Source of the DNA: a bacterium
GTDB lineage: Bacteria > Electryoneota > Electryoneia > Electryoneales > Electryoneaceae
NCBI GenBank assembly: GCA_963669175.1
Contig: OY769902.1
Coordinates: 5,088,001-5,152,000, forward strand
Length of the DNA stretch: 64,000 nucleotides
Direction of reading: 5' to 3'
This document shows, piece by piece, positions 47,443-57,712 of the stretch. The translations under genes were made by a program, and so were the position numbers. The notes beneath the pieces are model-generated. The model saw nothing but the letters and a program-made list of their open reading frames with translations. It had not been told where the DNA came from and made no database searches. Position 1 is the stretch's first letter. Each line of letters starts with the position of its first letter.

Positions 47443-48388
47443 TCGCTTCGATCACAAGAGGGGTGATGTACTGCTTCGAATCCAGGACCTGCACAAGAGC
47501 TATGGTGCAACCAGGGCAGTGCAAGGGTTGAGCCTCGAGGTACATTCCGGTGAAATCGTGGGTCTGATCGGCCCTGACGGCGCTGGGAAAACCTCCACCA
47601 TGCGAATCGTCTGCGGCCTGCTTCTGCCGGATCAAGGATACGCCCAGATCAAAGGATTCGATTCGGTTAAAGAACACAAGAAAATCAAACATCATATCGG
47701 GTATATGCCGCAACGATTCAGCCTGTACCCGGACCTGTCCATTGCCGAAAACCTGAAATTCTTTGCCGACCTGTATCTCGTTTCGGGAAAAGAACGGGAA
47801 GAACGGGAACGCCAGGTCTATCATTTCAGCAAACTGGAACCATTCAAGAAACGTCGTGCCGGGGCTCTTTCCGGCGGCATGAAGCAGAAGCTGGCGCTGG
47901 GGTGTACGTTGATTCATACGCCCGATGTCCTGATCCTTGATGAACCGACTACCGGTGTCGATCCGGTTTCACGAAAAGAATTCTGGGCTATCCTCCGCGA
48001 CTTGCGTGAACAGGGATTGGCCCTCCTGGTCAGCACTCCCTATATGGACGAAGCGGAGCTATGCGACCGTGTTGTTCTGATGCACCAGGGACAGGCAATC
48101 GCAAAAGGGACACCGGAAGAAATCACAGGTACTTTCAATAAACACCTGCTGGAGATTTCCGGCGCTGACGCGATCAAGGCACACGGCAGCTTGCAGGAAA
48201 AGCCGCTTGAAGGAGTATCCAGTTTCCGTTTCGGTGACAGCATGCACATTGTTTCTATCAGTGATGTAGCAGTCAAGAAGGTTTATGAAAGGATGATTCC
48301 CTACCAGGTTTCGGTGAAAGAAATCGCCCCGACCGTGGAAGATGCCTTCGTAAACCTGCTGCCCTCTGCGGACGAGGAGGCGGCATGA
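47435..48388 (+). CDS. ABC-2 exporter ATP-binding protein (YbhF N-half-like)
   Basis: GPDGAGKT, LSGGMKQK and LDEPTTGVDP; ATG at 47435. Confidence 0.93.
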   Translation: MSDRFDHKRGDVLLRIQDLHKSYGATRAVQGLSLEVHSGEIVGLIGPDGAGKTSTMRIVCGLLLPDQGYAQIKGFDSVKEHKKIKHHIGYMPQRFSLYPDLSIAENLKFFADLYLVSGKEREERERQVYHFSKLEPFKKRRAGALSGGMKQKLALGCTLIHTPDVLILDEPTTGVDPVSRKEFWAILRDLREQGLALLVSTPYMDEAELCDRVVLMHQGQAIAKGTPEEITGTFNKHLLEISGADAIKAHGSLQEKPLEGVSSFRFGDSMHIVSISDVAVKKVYERMIPYQVSVKEIAPTVEDAFVNLLPSADEEAA

Positions 48389-49119
48389 CAAACATGAATG
48401 AACGCGCCGTCATCGCACATGGTCTGACCCGCCGCTTCGGGAAATTCACGGCTGTTGATCATATCGACCTGGAAGTGGATCGTGGTGAGATCTTCGGTTT
48501 TCTTGGCGCCAACGGCGCCGGAAAAACCACAGCCATCCGCATGTTGTGTGGGCTGCTTTCGCCTTCAGACGGTCAAGCGTGGGTGGATGGAGTGGCAGTC
48601 CACGAGAAACCGGAAGCGATTAAACGCCATATCGGGTACATGAGCCAGAAATTCAGCCTGTACAATGACCTGACAGTCTGGGAGAATCTTGAATTTTATG
48701 GCGGGATTTACCGTCTGACCAAACAGGAAATCCGTGAACGCGGCGAGCACCTGCTGGAACGTGTGGGCTTGACGGATCGCCGCAATGTTCTGACCGTATC
48801 ACTTCCCCTGGGGTACAAGCAACGGCTGGCTTTAGGAGTGGCAGCGCTGCATCAACCTCATATCCTTTTCCTTGACGAGCCGACTGGCGGGGTTGATCCC
48901 ATGGCTCGTCGCGACTTCTGGGATCTCATCTATGACCTGTCCGCACAGGGAACCACCATTTTTGTGACCACGCATTACATGGACGAAGCGGAATACTGCG
49001 GACGAGTGTCCATCATGGTCAAAGGACGTATCGAAGCGCTGAACAGCCCCGCGGTGTTGAAGCAGGAATGGCAGACGAAGACAATGCAGGATGTATTCCT
49101 GAAGGTGGTAGACGCATGA
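48385..49119 (+). CDS. ABC-2 exporter ATP-binding protein (YbhF C-half-like)
   Basis: GANGAGKT, LPLGYKQR, LDEPTGGVDP and TTHYMDE. Confidence 0.93.
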   Translation: MTNMNERAVIAHGLTRRFGKFTAVDHIDLEVDRGEIFGFLGANGAGKTTAIRMLCGLLSPSDGQAWVDGVAVHEKPEAIKRHIGYMSQKFSLYNDLTVWENLEFYGGIYRLTKQEIRERGEHLLERVGLTDRRNVLTVSLPLGYKQRLALGVAALHQPHILFLDEPTGGVDPMARRDFWDLIYDLSAQGTTIFVTTHYMDEAEYCGRVSIMVKGRIEALNSPAVLKQEWQTKTMQDVFLKVVDA

Positions 49120-50222
49120 AAAGAATCCTTGCTATAGCCTGGAAAGAAATGCTGCACATCCTGCGTGACCCGCGCAGTCTTGGCGTAGCGATCCTGATGC
49201 CCGCCGCCATGATGTTGCTGTTCGGGTATGCTATCGACATGGAGCTGAAAGACCTGAGGGTGGGGATTCTGGATATGGATCAGTCGACAGCGTCACGCAC
49301 GCTGATCCGCGAAATGACCAGCTCTGGTTTTATCGTGGAAGCGAAACGGTTGCATTCACGTGATCAGATCGATCCCGGGTTCCGCAGAAATGAATTCTAC
49401 GCCGCGATAATCATTCCACGCGGGTATGAAGAATCGCTGGCTACGGAACCTGTTACCCGTGTGCAGGCGATTATAGACGGCGCCGACGGTTCGACAGCTA
49501 CCTCCGTTTCCATATACCTGCAAGCAGTCATTCAGCGAATCAATACGTCGATGGCATCCTCGGCAGGCGGGAATGTAGCCATGCCCATCGAAGCAAGGAT
49601 GCGTTTCCTGTTCAATCCACAGTTACGTAGCGCTGATTTTATTGTTCCGGGCCTTGCTGCGCTGGTGCTGATGATGATTTGCGCCCTGCTGACCAGCATT
49701 GCGGTAACACGAGAAAAAGAAACCGGCACACTGGAGCAGATTCTGACTACACCGGTTGCGCCGGGACAGGTGATTATCGGGAAAGTGATTCCCTATACCC
49801 TGCTCTCGGCCTTGGATACTGCGCTGATCCTTGGCGTGGGCTACTGGGTGTTTGATGTGCCGATGCGGGGGAATTGGTTTGTCCTGGCAGGATACTCCTT
49901 CATATACCTGCTTATTGCTCTGGGCTTGGGACTTGTGATCTCTGCCGTATCCAAAACGCAGCAGGTTGCCATGATGCTGGCGCTGGTGGCTACGTTGCTG
50001 CCCACGATGCTGCTGTCCGGGTTCGTGTTTGATCATTCAAGTATGCCGGTCATCCTTCAATGGATCGGGCAGATTATCCCGGCGACTCATTACTTGAAGG
50101 TTGTACGCGGGGTGATGCTTGTCGGACGATCATGGTTCCCGGTTCAACTGGCGGTTTTGAGTGGCATGGCGGTGTTTCTGCTCGTGGTTGCGGTAAAACG
50201 GTTCAATGTGAGGTTGGATTAG
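49116..50222 (+). CDS. ABC-2 permease (YbhS-like)
   Basis: KE..HILRD, FNPQL and REKETGTLEQ; six TM segments. Confidence 0.92.
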   Translation: MKRILAIAWKEMLHILRDPRSLGVAILMPAAMMLLFGYAIDMELKDLRVGILDMDQSTASRTLIREMTSSGFIVEAKRLHSRDQIDPGFRRNEFYAAIIIPRGYEESLATEPVTRVQAIIDGADGSTATSVSIYLQAVIQRINTSMASSAGGNVAMPIEARMRFLFNPQLRSADFIVPGLAALVLMMICALLTSIAVTREKETGTLEQILTTPVAPGQVIIGKVIPYTLLSALDTALILGVGYWVFDVPMRGNWFVLAGYSFIYLLIALGLGLVISAVSKTQQVAMMLALVATLLPTMLLSGFVFDHSSMPVILQWIGQIIPATHYLKVVRGVMLVGRSWFPVQLAVLSGMAVFLLVVAVKRFNVRLD

Positions 50223-50224
50223 AT

Positions 50225-50293
50225 CATTGGACCCAGCATTGGCTCACATTGGCCCCGCATTGGCTCACATTGGCCCCGCCAGCTTGCTGGCGG
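50225..50293. repeat. CATTGG-core tandem array followed by a CCGCCAGC/GCTGGCGG hairpin
   Basis: Five CATTGG units, including a perfect 21-bp duplication CATTGGCTCACATTGGCCCCG x2. Confidence 0.8.
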
Positions 50294-50359
50294 TGGTCTA
50301 TTCTAAATAGAAGAAGTTAGTCATTATAAAACAATCAATTACAAACACAAACAAATAGA

Positions 50360-50506
50360 CAACCCGCTGCCGGGGTTGATGATATTACTGATCCTCAATT
50401 CCCACCGTAAGCGCCAAACAAACGGCGCTGGACGGAGGGCTAATACAGGGAACCACTGCCGTGGTTCATGAAGTTGATGAAAAGGTAACTGTACCAGATT
50501 TTTCGC
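50360..50506 (+). repeat. Three-hairpin REP-like unit with adjacent AAAAGGTAACTGTACC-family repeat
   Basis: 50360-50466 matches the reverse complement of 34019-34124; 50473-50506 is identical to 63211-63244. Confidence 0.85.
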
Positions 50507-50543
50507 ACATCGCAAACAGAAACAAGAAAGCATTGAGGGTTGT

Positions 50544-51674
50544 ATGCAGCCCATCATATACCTGGTAAGAAAAGAATTTCGGCAAGTGTTCCGTGACAAG
50601 GCCATGGTACGGATCATCTTTGTCGTGCCCATGCTTCAGCTCCTGGTGCTGGCATATGCTATTACGCTGGATCTGAAAGATGTGAAGCTCACCTTCCTGG
50701 ATCAGGATCAGACCGCGCAGAGCCGAAAGTTGGTTGATTCCTATTTCAGCACGGAGCTGTTCAAATCGTCAGGAATAGCAGCGAATAATCCGGGAGAATT
50801 GCAAGAAGCGTTGATACAGGCAAAAACAGGGCTGGCGATCTGGATACCTCGTGGCTATGCTCAGGCTATCGCGCGTGGAACTCAAGCGACTGTCAGCATA
50901 CAGGTTGACGGCACCAACTCCTCCCTTGCCGGACAGGCGGCCGGATACGCCAATGCACTGGTGCAGATGGAAGCCATGCGATTGCTTGAAGAGAAACTCC
51001 TGGCAAATCCCACGCAAACAGCCCAAATCCACCGTATCGAGCTGGTGAGTCGCTACTTCTACAATCCAGAACTGGAAAGCCGCTATTTCATGGTGCCGGC
51101 TATTGTGGTGTTGCTGATAACGATCATCTCAACCATGTTGACCGGTATGGCTGTGGTGCGTGAAAAGGAAATCGGCACCCTTGAACAACTGATGGTCACT
51201 CCAATTACTCCGATTCAACTGATCGCCGGAAAGACGATTCCGTTCGCCGTGCTTTCCTTTCTCGAACTAACCATCGCAACCACCTTTGCCGTATTGTGGT
51301 TCAAGCTACCCCTGGAAGGTTCAATTCTTGTGCTGGCGTTGGCTGTTTTTGCTTACCTGCTGGTCACACTCGGGATCGGTTTGCTGACATCTACCATCTC
51401 CTCAACTCAGCAGCAGGCCATGTTTACCATCTGGTTCCTGCTCGTGTTCGGTATCCTGATGAGTGGGTTCTTCTTCCCCATTGACAATATGCCTCACTGG
51501 GCACAATACATGACTTATATGAACCCATTGAGGTATATCGTAGCAATTGTACGTGGGATTTTCCTGAAAGGGGCCACACTTGCCGATATCATGCCGAATT
51601 TATTGCCGTTGTTCGGCTTGGGATTGATGATATTCTCCACGGCAATCGTGAGGTTCAGGAAGAGAGTCGGGTAA
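50544..51674 (+). CDS. ABC-2 permease (YbhR-like)
   Basis: KEFRQVFRD, YNPEL, REKEIGTLEQL and NPLRY. Confidence 0.92.
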   Translation: MQPIIYLVRKEFRQVFRDKAMVRIIFVVPMLQLLVLAYAITLDLKDVKLTFLDQDQTAQSRKLVDSYFSTELFKSSGIAANNPGELQEALIQAKTGLAIWIPRGYAQAIARGTQATVSIQVDGTNSSLAGQAAGYANALVQMEAMRLLEEKLLANPTQTAQIHRIELVSRYFYNPELESRYFMVPAIVVLLITIISTMLTGMAVVREKEIGTLEQLMVTPITPIQLIAGKTIPFAVLSFLELTIATTFAVLWFKLPLEGSILVLALAVFAYLLVTLGIGLLTSTISSTQQQAMFTIWFLLVFGILMSGFFFPIDNMPHWAQYMTYMNPLRYIVAIVRGIFLKGATLADIMPNLLPLFGLGLMIFSTAIVRFRKRVG

Positions 51675-51791
51675 CGCCTGGCATTATAAAATATGGATGG
51701 GAATAGGTTGTGCTGTTCCCGACTTGCTCGATGGGATCCCCGGCCAGGCATGGCCGGGCTACCTTTTTCACTGTCTACTTTTTTCACTTCC

Positions 51792-54014
51792 CTACAATAC
51801 CCACGCATACCCCAACTTGGTAAAGATTGTCCTGTTGGTCTGCGTAAGATCAATCACATGGTCCTGCTGCCAATTATCAGTGTAGCCGAGGTAGAACACA
51901 GTTTGAGGATTGATTGTATAGGAGAACAGAACCTGACCATACATTCCGATGGACACGGGATCAGGCAAACTGCTTGTGGAAGGATAATTATAGATGTTGT
52001 ATTCAACCTCACGGTTCTGCACAACAACTCGCAGATAAGCGCGACGTGTGAACTGGTAAATGGCACGCACAAAATTGATCCGTGCGACAGAAAGCAGCTT
52101 GTTTTGAACCGTCAATTGGTTGTATTCAAATTTGTAGGTCAAACGCAGGTGACGTCCGATGTCAAGTGTGGTCGATCCCTGCCAGTAAAACTGCTTTCCG
52201 GGACGGGCATTTTCGAAATCAATTTTATCGCCGCCCGAGTACCTGGTATATAGATATAGCCATGCGTTGGGACGTGTTGAAACGCTGAAGCTACCGTGAT
52301 TGTTCTTGAAATACTGGCCCGCATAGTAGGTATCTCCAACAATACCCCAGCCATCAAACGTGAATTCTCGTGCTCCATAGACTTTCAACCAATAGTCCAT
52401 TCCACGGTCCAACACTTTGCCATTATAGTCATCATCATAGATCACCCCCATCCCGAATTCACCGTTTTGCAACCAGTGATGGCGTGGTCCGTAGAAATAG
52501 TACCTTGCGCCGGCTTCATTCTCACGCATCCCGACCTGGGTGACATACCCGAGGTCTGCACGCAGATCAGAAGTACGTTCACGACGTCGCAGGTAGGTCG
52601 CAAAATCACGCGTACTCCAGACATGAATGGCGTTGTAACCATACCCGGTGAATTCATCTTCCGGTTGATTGTAGGTTGTATCGATTTCTTCAGAATAGTC
52701 TGTTGACGATGCCACTCCCTGCAGGGTCAGCTTGTGAGAATCAGTCAGCCGCAGGTTCGCGTCAAGACTGCCGAGACGGTTGTAATAGTCGTCCGCTTCT
52801 CGATCACTGAACGTAACGCCGATTGTAGAGCTGTTGGGCAAGTCGCGACGATAACGAAGTACGCTGGCCGTATTCGCCATGGTCACTGCGGTTGAGCTTG
52901 ATCGTTCCGACCCCGGAAAAACCAGGTTGGTTCGGGTATCACGAGCGGTGAAATAGCCGATGCTGTTCTTACCCTCTTTGCCGGTAAGCTTGACACCCCA
53001 GTCCGGGGCCGTGATCGTACGAGTTTGGATGATATTGATATCTGTACTGAAAACTTCAGATCCTTCCAGAAAGAAAGGACGCTTTTCGGAGTAGGTTACC
53101 AGGTATTGCTGATTATGCTCGAATTGCAGAACGTCCGCCTCAATCTGGGAGAAATCCGGGTTGATGGTTCCGGATACTGCCATGTTCGGCGTTATTCCCC
53201 ACCGCGCGGTCAACCCTGCATCCGCTTCATTGTCAATGGCAAACGGGCCTTTTGTGCCATTCTCACGTTGCTCAAGACGATGCGCCGAAATCGTCGGATC
53301 CAGTTCAATATTCTTGCCCGGCTTGACACCGGCAAAACCGACAATCTTCTCTTCCTGGCACAGGTAACAGTTCCGGTTACGCAAACGTGGGAACAGGCCG
53401 ATATGATGACGCGCGTGACGAGGATAGCTACGTACCGCGTCAATTCCCCATACCTGGTCTTCATCCGTGTGCTGGAAACGCAAGGAGCGGAACGGAATCA
53501 CCATCTCAACCGCGTAACCCCAGTCGTGGATACGTCCCCCGCTATCCCATATCGCGTCCCAGGTCACACCGGTACCGTCAATCTCAATACGTTCCCCTTG
53601 CGCCCCCAGGGGATTGCAGGAAAGCCAGAACGCATTCCGCTCATCGTTGAAGGTATCCAGGCTTATCCCGACATAGTCATCCGCATAGATGTTATCACGT
53701 TCACGGTAACGTGCGCGAATCTTCTCCGGTTCGGGATCATATGCCTTGAAGGCGACAAATAGAAATTCGGAGGAATAGGCAATCAAAACTTCGGTACGAA
53801 CCGGCGGGGGTATGTTCTCACCAGGTTTTACTTCGTAATCCAGAGACAGTACCAGCGCTTCCTGCCAGACAGATTCCGCCAGCACACCATCAGCCTGCAC
53901 CTTGCCCTCTATTCTCGGCACAGGATATGGGACTCGGTTGTTTCCCATACCAATAGCGGGCATCAAAAACAACAGACCTGCAAGCAGAAGACTATGGCAC
54001 AACCGTTGAAACAT
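51792..54014 (-). CDS. CBM9-like/DUF5916 outer-membrane protein
   Basis: DG.L.E..W, WGYAVEMVIPFRSLRF, INPDFSQIEAD, EKRPFFLEG; beta-barrel-like aromatic C-terminus. Confidence 0.85.
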   Translation of the reverse strand: MFQRLCHSLLLAGLLFLMPAIGMGNNRVPYPVPRIEGKVQADGVLAESVWQEALVLSLDYEVKPGENIPPPVRTEVLIAYSSEFLFVAFKAYDPEPEKIRARYRERDNIYADDYVGISLDTFNDERNAFWLSCNPLGAQGERIEIDGTGVTWDAIWDSGGRIHDWGYAVEMVIPFRSLRFQHTDEDQVWGIDAVRSYPRHARHHIGLFPRLRNRNCYLCQEEKIVGFAGVKPGKNIELDPTISAHRLEQRENGTKGPFAIDNEADAGLTARWGITPNMAVSGTINPDFSQIEADVLQFEHNQQYLVTYSEKRPFFLEGSEVFSTDINIIQTRTITAPDWGVKLTGKEGKNSIGYFTARDTRTNLVFPGSERSSSTAVTMANTASVLRYRRDLPNSSTIGVTFSDREADDYYNRLGSLDANLRLTDSHKLTLQGVASSTDYSEEIDTTYNQPEDEFTGYGYNAIHVWSTRDFATYLRRRERTSDLRADLGYVTQVGMRENEAGARYYFYGPRHHWLQNGEFGMGVIYDDDYNGKVLDRGMDYWLKVYGAREFTFDGWGIVGDTYYAGQYFKNNHGSFSVSTRPNAWLYLYTRYSGGDKIDFENARPGKQFYWQGSTTLDIGRHLRLTYKFEYNQLTVQNKLLSVARINFVRAIYQFTRRAYLRVVVQNREVEYNIYNYPSTSSLPDPVSIGMYGQVLFSYTINPQTVFYLGYTDNWQQDHVIDLTQTNRTIFTKLGYAWVL

Positions 54015-54375
54015 GAGGAGTCTCGGAGCTACGCAGCACATGCAGTCAGAACCGGAATTACAATCATTGTCTGAACCGTGACAAGGTACTCGGCGAGGGT
54101 AGGCATGGCAAGGTAAATGGGCGGTAAAACTCTCTGTTCCTGGCTGGCATTTCAGGCAACCGAATCACCAGAGCCACAATACTTAAAGCGATGCGTTTAT
54201 TATTACTCCAGCAAGAAATAAAGTAACATGACCAAGTCCTAGAATAATCTTCAAGTTACTTTCAAAATACCTGTAAAAACTTAAAGTTAATGGGGAGACA
54301 AATCATATTCGATAACTGAAGAATAATTACTTGCTGCCGATAAGAAATGTGAACCCAACGCTCAGGGAGAAAACC

Positions 54376-54594
54376 ATGCGTACCGACTGGATGGAATGGA
54401 TTGACGAGATGGACATCTGGTCAGAAGATAGAAGTTCTCTTTCTTCTTTTGATGCTGCCAGTTATGCAACCTTTACCGGGTATAGTCAGCCGGTATCTGA
54501 ACTATCCGCTCGTCTTCAACGACGTGAATTAATGGATCGGCTTTCGCAATCACCCGACTCAACCGACCAGGCGATCTATCGCATGATCAACTGA
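54376..54594 (+). CDS. Small acidic hypothetical protein (72 aa)
   Basis: AGGGAG RBS before ATG; AT-rich upstream region; followed by hairpins and a terminator. Confidence 0.55.
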   Translation: MRTDWMEWIDEMDIWSEDRSSLSSFDAASYATFTGYSQPVSELSARLQRRELMDRLSQSPDSTDQAIYRMIN

Positions 54595-54671
54595 TTTCAG
54601 TACCGCCCGGCGTCCCCTGGGGGACGCCAACGCGGATGTTGTAGCAAGGGCTCCGGCTGAGTTCCAGCCTG

Positions 54672-54704
54672 AAGACGCTATGGGAAACCATGGCGTCTTT
54701 GTTT
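54672..54704 (+). terminator. Intrinsic terminator
   Basis: AAGACGCTATGG-GAAA-CCATGGCGTCTT followed by TGTTT. Confidence 0.75.
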
Positions 54705-54744
54705 ACCCGCCTCTCGATAGAGCTAAATTTGTCTACGTGTCTTG

Positions 54745-54770
54745 AAATCTTTACTTTTTTGTGATACTTT
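54745..54770 (+). promoter_or_regulatory. Candidate Rrf2 operator 1
   Basis: AAATCTTTACT-N5-GTGATACTTT, repeated with identical spacing upstream of sufC. Confidence 0.65.
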
Positions 54771-54790
54771 TTGCCAAAACAGGAAACAGG

Positions 54791-55231
54791 ATGAAAATCT
54801 CAGCGCTAGAAGAATACGGTTTGCGTTGCATGGTTCTGCTTGCAGAGGCTGATCCCGATGAGTCCCTGACCATCCCGGATATCAGCGCCAGGGAGAACAT
54901 GTCAGAATCGTATGTAGGCAAGCTGCTCATGTTGCTTCGCAAAGCGGATCTTGTCGTTGCAGAGCGTGGTCGTAACGGTGGCTATACCCTGGCAAAACCT
55001 GCCAGCGAAATTCAACTTAGTGAAATCATGCTGGCCTTTGGCGATCCGATTTATGGGGAACATCACTGCGAACGTTTCCATAGCGATGAGAGCCCCTGTG
55101 TTCATCATGACAGTTGCAAAATGAAGCGGCTTTGGGCAACACTGAACAAGCATACGTTTGACCTGTTGCGCAATGTCTCGCTGGATCAGTTCCTGAATGG
55201 AGAAAAGCTCACTGTAAAACACGCAACCTGA
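54791..55231 (+). CDS. Rrf2-family (IscR-like) transcriptional regulator
   Basis: EYGLR, RGRNGGYTLA and three C-terminal Cys (C-x9-C-x5-C); heads the suf operon. Confidence 0.93.
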   Translation: MKISALEEYGLRCMVLLAEADPDESLTIPDISARENMSESYVGKLLMLLRKADLVVAERGRNGGYTLAKPASEIQLSEIMLAFGDPIYGEHHCERFHSDESPCVHHDSCKMKRLWATLNKHTFDLLRNVSLDQFLNGEKLTVKHAT

Positions 55232-55249
55232 CAGCTCTTTTTTTAAGAT

Positions 55250-55275
55250 AAATCTTTACTAAAGTGTGTTACTTT
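55250..55275 (+). promoter_or_regulatory. Candidate Rrf2 operator 2
   Basis: AAATCTTTACT-N5-GTGTTACTTT; 20 of 21 non-spacer positions match operator 1. Confidence 0.65.
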
Positions 55276-55305
55276 TACAACAAAACATAGACGACGAGGT
55301 TCGAA

Positions 55306-56076
55306 GTGAAGAACGAAGCATTGCTTTCCATACACGACATTCATGTCGAAGTAGAAGACAAGGAAGTGGTAAAGGGTGTATCGCTTGACCTGTTCCCAGG
55401 CGAAAAGCATGTCATTATGGGTCCGAACGGGTCTGGAAAAAGCAGTCTTGCCAACGCATTATCCGGGCATCCGGCTTATAGCATCACGCAGGGCGAGGCA
55501 TCAATTCAGGATCAAGATTTGTTGGATATGGATCCGACTGAGCGTTCCCTGGCGGGGCTTTTCCTGGCTTTCCAGTATCCCCATGCCATACCGGGTGTAA
55601 CGGTTTCCGCGTTTATCCGTTCCATGGTCAAGGCTCATCGTGGCGAGTCGGAAGAGGTGTTCCGTAATCTTCGCAAGGAACTGAACGCTGCTTTCGACAA
55701 GCTGGAGATGGATCGAGCCTTTGCCACTCGTTATGTCAATGACGGGTTCTCGGGCGGAGAAAAGAAGCGGTTGGAAATCCTGCAAATGCTGATGTTGAAG
55801 CCAACTGTCGGCATTCTGGATGAAGTGGATTCCGGGCTGGATATCGATGCGCTTCGCATCGTGTCGGAGGGTATCAACGCCGCATCCACCAGCGAAAATG
55901 CCATCCTCCTGGTCACTCATTACCAGCGGATTCTCAACCACATCAAGCCGGACAAGGTGCATGTGATGATGCATGGCAGGATCGTGCGTTCCGGTGGGCC
56001 GGAGTTGGCGGAAGAGATTGAAGCACGCGGGTATGACTGGATTCGCGCTGAATTGGGTGAGACGGTTGAGGCGTAG
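55306..56076 (+). CDS. sufC: Fe-S cluster assembly ATPase SufC
   Basis: [34 protein letters not shown] and THYQR. Confidence 0.97.
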   Translation: MKNEALLSIHDIHVEVEDKEVVKGVSLDLFPGEKHVIMGPNGSGKSSLANALSGHPAYSITQGEASIQDQDLLDMDPTERSLAGLFLAFQYPHAIPGVTVSAFIRSMVKAHRGESEEVFRNLRKELNAAFDKLEMDRAFATRYVNDGFSGGEKKRLEILQMLMLKPTVGILDEVDSGLDIDALRIVSEGINAASTSENAILLVTHYQRILNHIKPDKVHVMMHGRIVRSGGPELAEEIEARGYDWIRAELGETVEA

Positions 56077-56135
56077 AAATCCGAATAACGGACAAAGGTA
56101 TCTGTTATTTCCTGAAGCTTGAAAAAGAGGCAACC

Positions 56136-57569
56136 ATGAGCGATACAGCAACACAACAACAGGCGGAACTGCAAGGGTTGCGTGGCGATTATAACGAACG
56201 CTACGGCTTCTCTGATCCCGAAAAGATTCTGCGCAAGACGCCCAAAGGGCTGGGTCATGATGTCGTGGAAATGATTTCACGGATGAAGGACGAGCCGGAC
56301 TGGATGCGTGAGTTTCGCCATAAGGCATTGGATATTTTTTTCAGCAAGCCCATGCCCAAGTGGGGCAACCAGGATTTACTGGGCGAGATCGACTTTGATG
56401 ATATCTATTATTATGTAAAATCGTCGGAAAAATCCGAACGCACCTGGGATGAAGTCCCGGAAGACATCAAACGCACCTTTGAAAAGCTTGGTGTACCGGA
56501 AGCGGAACGAAAGTTCCTGGCCGGTGTATCCGCGCAGTACGATTCTGAAGTAGTCTACCATCATTACCAGGATCAGCTCGAGAAGGATGGCGTCATCTTC
56601 CTCGATATGGACAGCGGGCTGCGTGAATACCCGGAACTGGTAAAGAAGTATTTCGCTACCGTTGTTCCGGCGATGGACAACAAATTCGCCGCGCTCAATT
56701 CGGCGGTCTGGTCCGGCGGTTCCTTCATCTATGTGCCGCCAGGAGTGGAAGTATCCATTCCCTTGCAGGCGTATTTCCGTATCAACGCCCGCAACATGGG
56801 GCAATTCGAACGTACCCTGATCATCGCGGATAAGGGATCACGCGTACACTACATCGAAGGATGCACCGCGCCGACCTACAGCAGTAACAGCCTGCATTCG
56901 GCAGTGGTTGAGCTTATCGCACTGGAAGATTCGTACATCCGCTACACCACGATACAGAACTGGTCCAACAACGTATACAATCTTGTGACCAAGCGATCTG
57001 TAGCGCATAGCCGTGCTACGGTTGAATGGGTTGACGGGAACATCGGCTCCAAGCTGACCATGAAGTATCCCTGCATCATTCTCAAGGGTGAAGGCGCCAA
57101 GGGTGAGATCCTGTCGGTCGCGTTTGCCGGGGAAGGTCAGCATCAGGATGCCGGGGCCAAGGTGATTCATGTCGCGCCGAACACAACATCCCGCATCACC
57201 TCGAAATCCATTTCCAAGGATGGCGGACGAGCTTCGTATCGTGGTTTGGCTCGTGTGGTTCCCGGTGCGGACAACTGCAAAGTATCGGTGGAATGTGACG
57301 CCCTGCTGCTGGATGAACGATCTCGTAGCGACACCTATCCCACGATGGAAATCGACAACAAGAACGTGACCATCGAGCATGAAGCGCGAGTCAGCAAGGT
57401 CGCGGAAGAGCAGCTCTTCTACCTGACCAGCCGTGGTCTGAGTGAAGACGAAGCACGACTTCTCATCGTGAACGGTTTCATCAATCCCTTCGTCAAAGAA
57501 CTGCCAATGGAATACGCAATTGAGCTGAATCGTCTGATCCAGCTTGAGATGGAAGGATCGGTGGGATAG
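56136..57569 (+). CDS. sufB: Fe-S cluster assembly protein SufB
   Basis: [27 protein letters not shown] and LPMEYA. Confidence 0.97.
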   Translation: MSDTATQQQAELQGLRGDYNERYGFSDPEKILRKTPKGLGHDVVEMISRMKDEPDWMREFRHKALDIFFSKPMPKWGNQDLLGEIDFDDIYYYVKSSEKSERTWDEVPEDIKRTFEKLGVPEAERKFLAGVSAQYDSEVVYHHYQDQLEKDGVIFLDMDSGLREYPELVKKYFATVVPAMDNKFAALNSAVWSGGSFIYVPPGVEVSIPLQAYFRINARNMGQFERTLIIADKGSRVHYIEGCTAPTYSSNSLHSAVVELIALEDSYIRYTTIQNWSNNVYNLVTKRSVAHSRATVEWVDGNIGSKLTMKYPCIILKGEGAKGEILSVAFAGEGQHQDAGAKVIHVAPNTTSRITSKSISKDGGRASYRGLARVVPGADNCKVSVECDALLLDERSRSDTYPTMEIDNKNVTIEHEARVSKVAEEQLFYLTSRGLSEDEARLLIVNGFINPFVKELPMEYAIELNRLIQLEMEGSVG

Positions 57570-57692
57570 AAGTGAAAAAAGTGGGAAGTGAAAAAGGTGA
57601 AAAAAGTCTTTGAGTGGATTGCCTGATTAGTGATGTAGACACTTAACAGCAATCTGACTTTGCAACCTTGGAACTTTTCAACTTTGAAACTT
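57570..57692. repeat. Purine-rich and pyrimidine-rich short tandem arms around a hairpin (ORF-less IVS-like junction)
   Basis: (AAGTGAAA-like)n directly after the sufB stop; inner hairpin GATTG..CTG..GTG/CAC..CAG..CAATC; (AACTTTNN-like)n before sufD. Confidence 0.6.
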
Positions 57693-57712
57693 AGAGAAAA
57701 AGCGAGCGAAAG

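Noticed and set aside
54600-54705. c-di-GMP-I riboswitch (GGGACGC...GCAAGGGCTCCGGC resemblance)
   Set aside because: Lacks the GGCAAAC/GNRA P2 arrangement, and the spacing does not fit.
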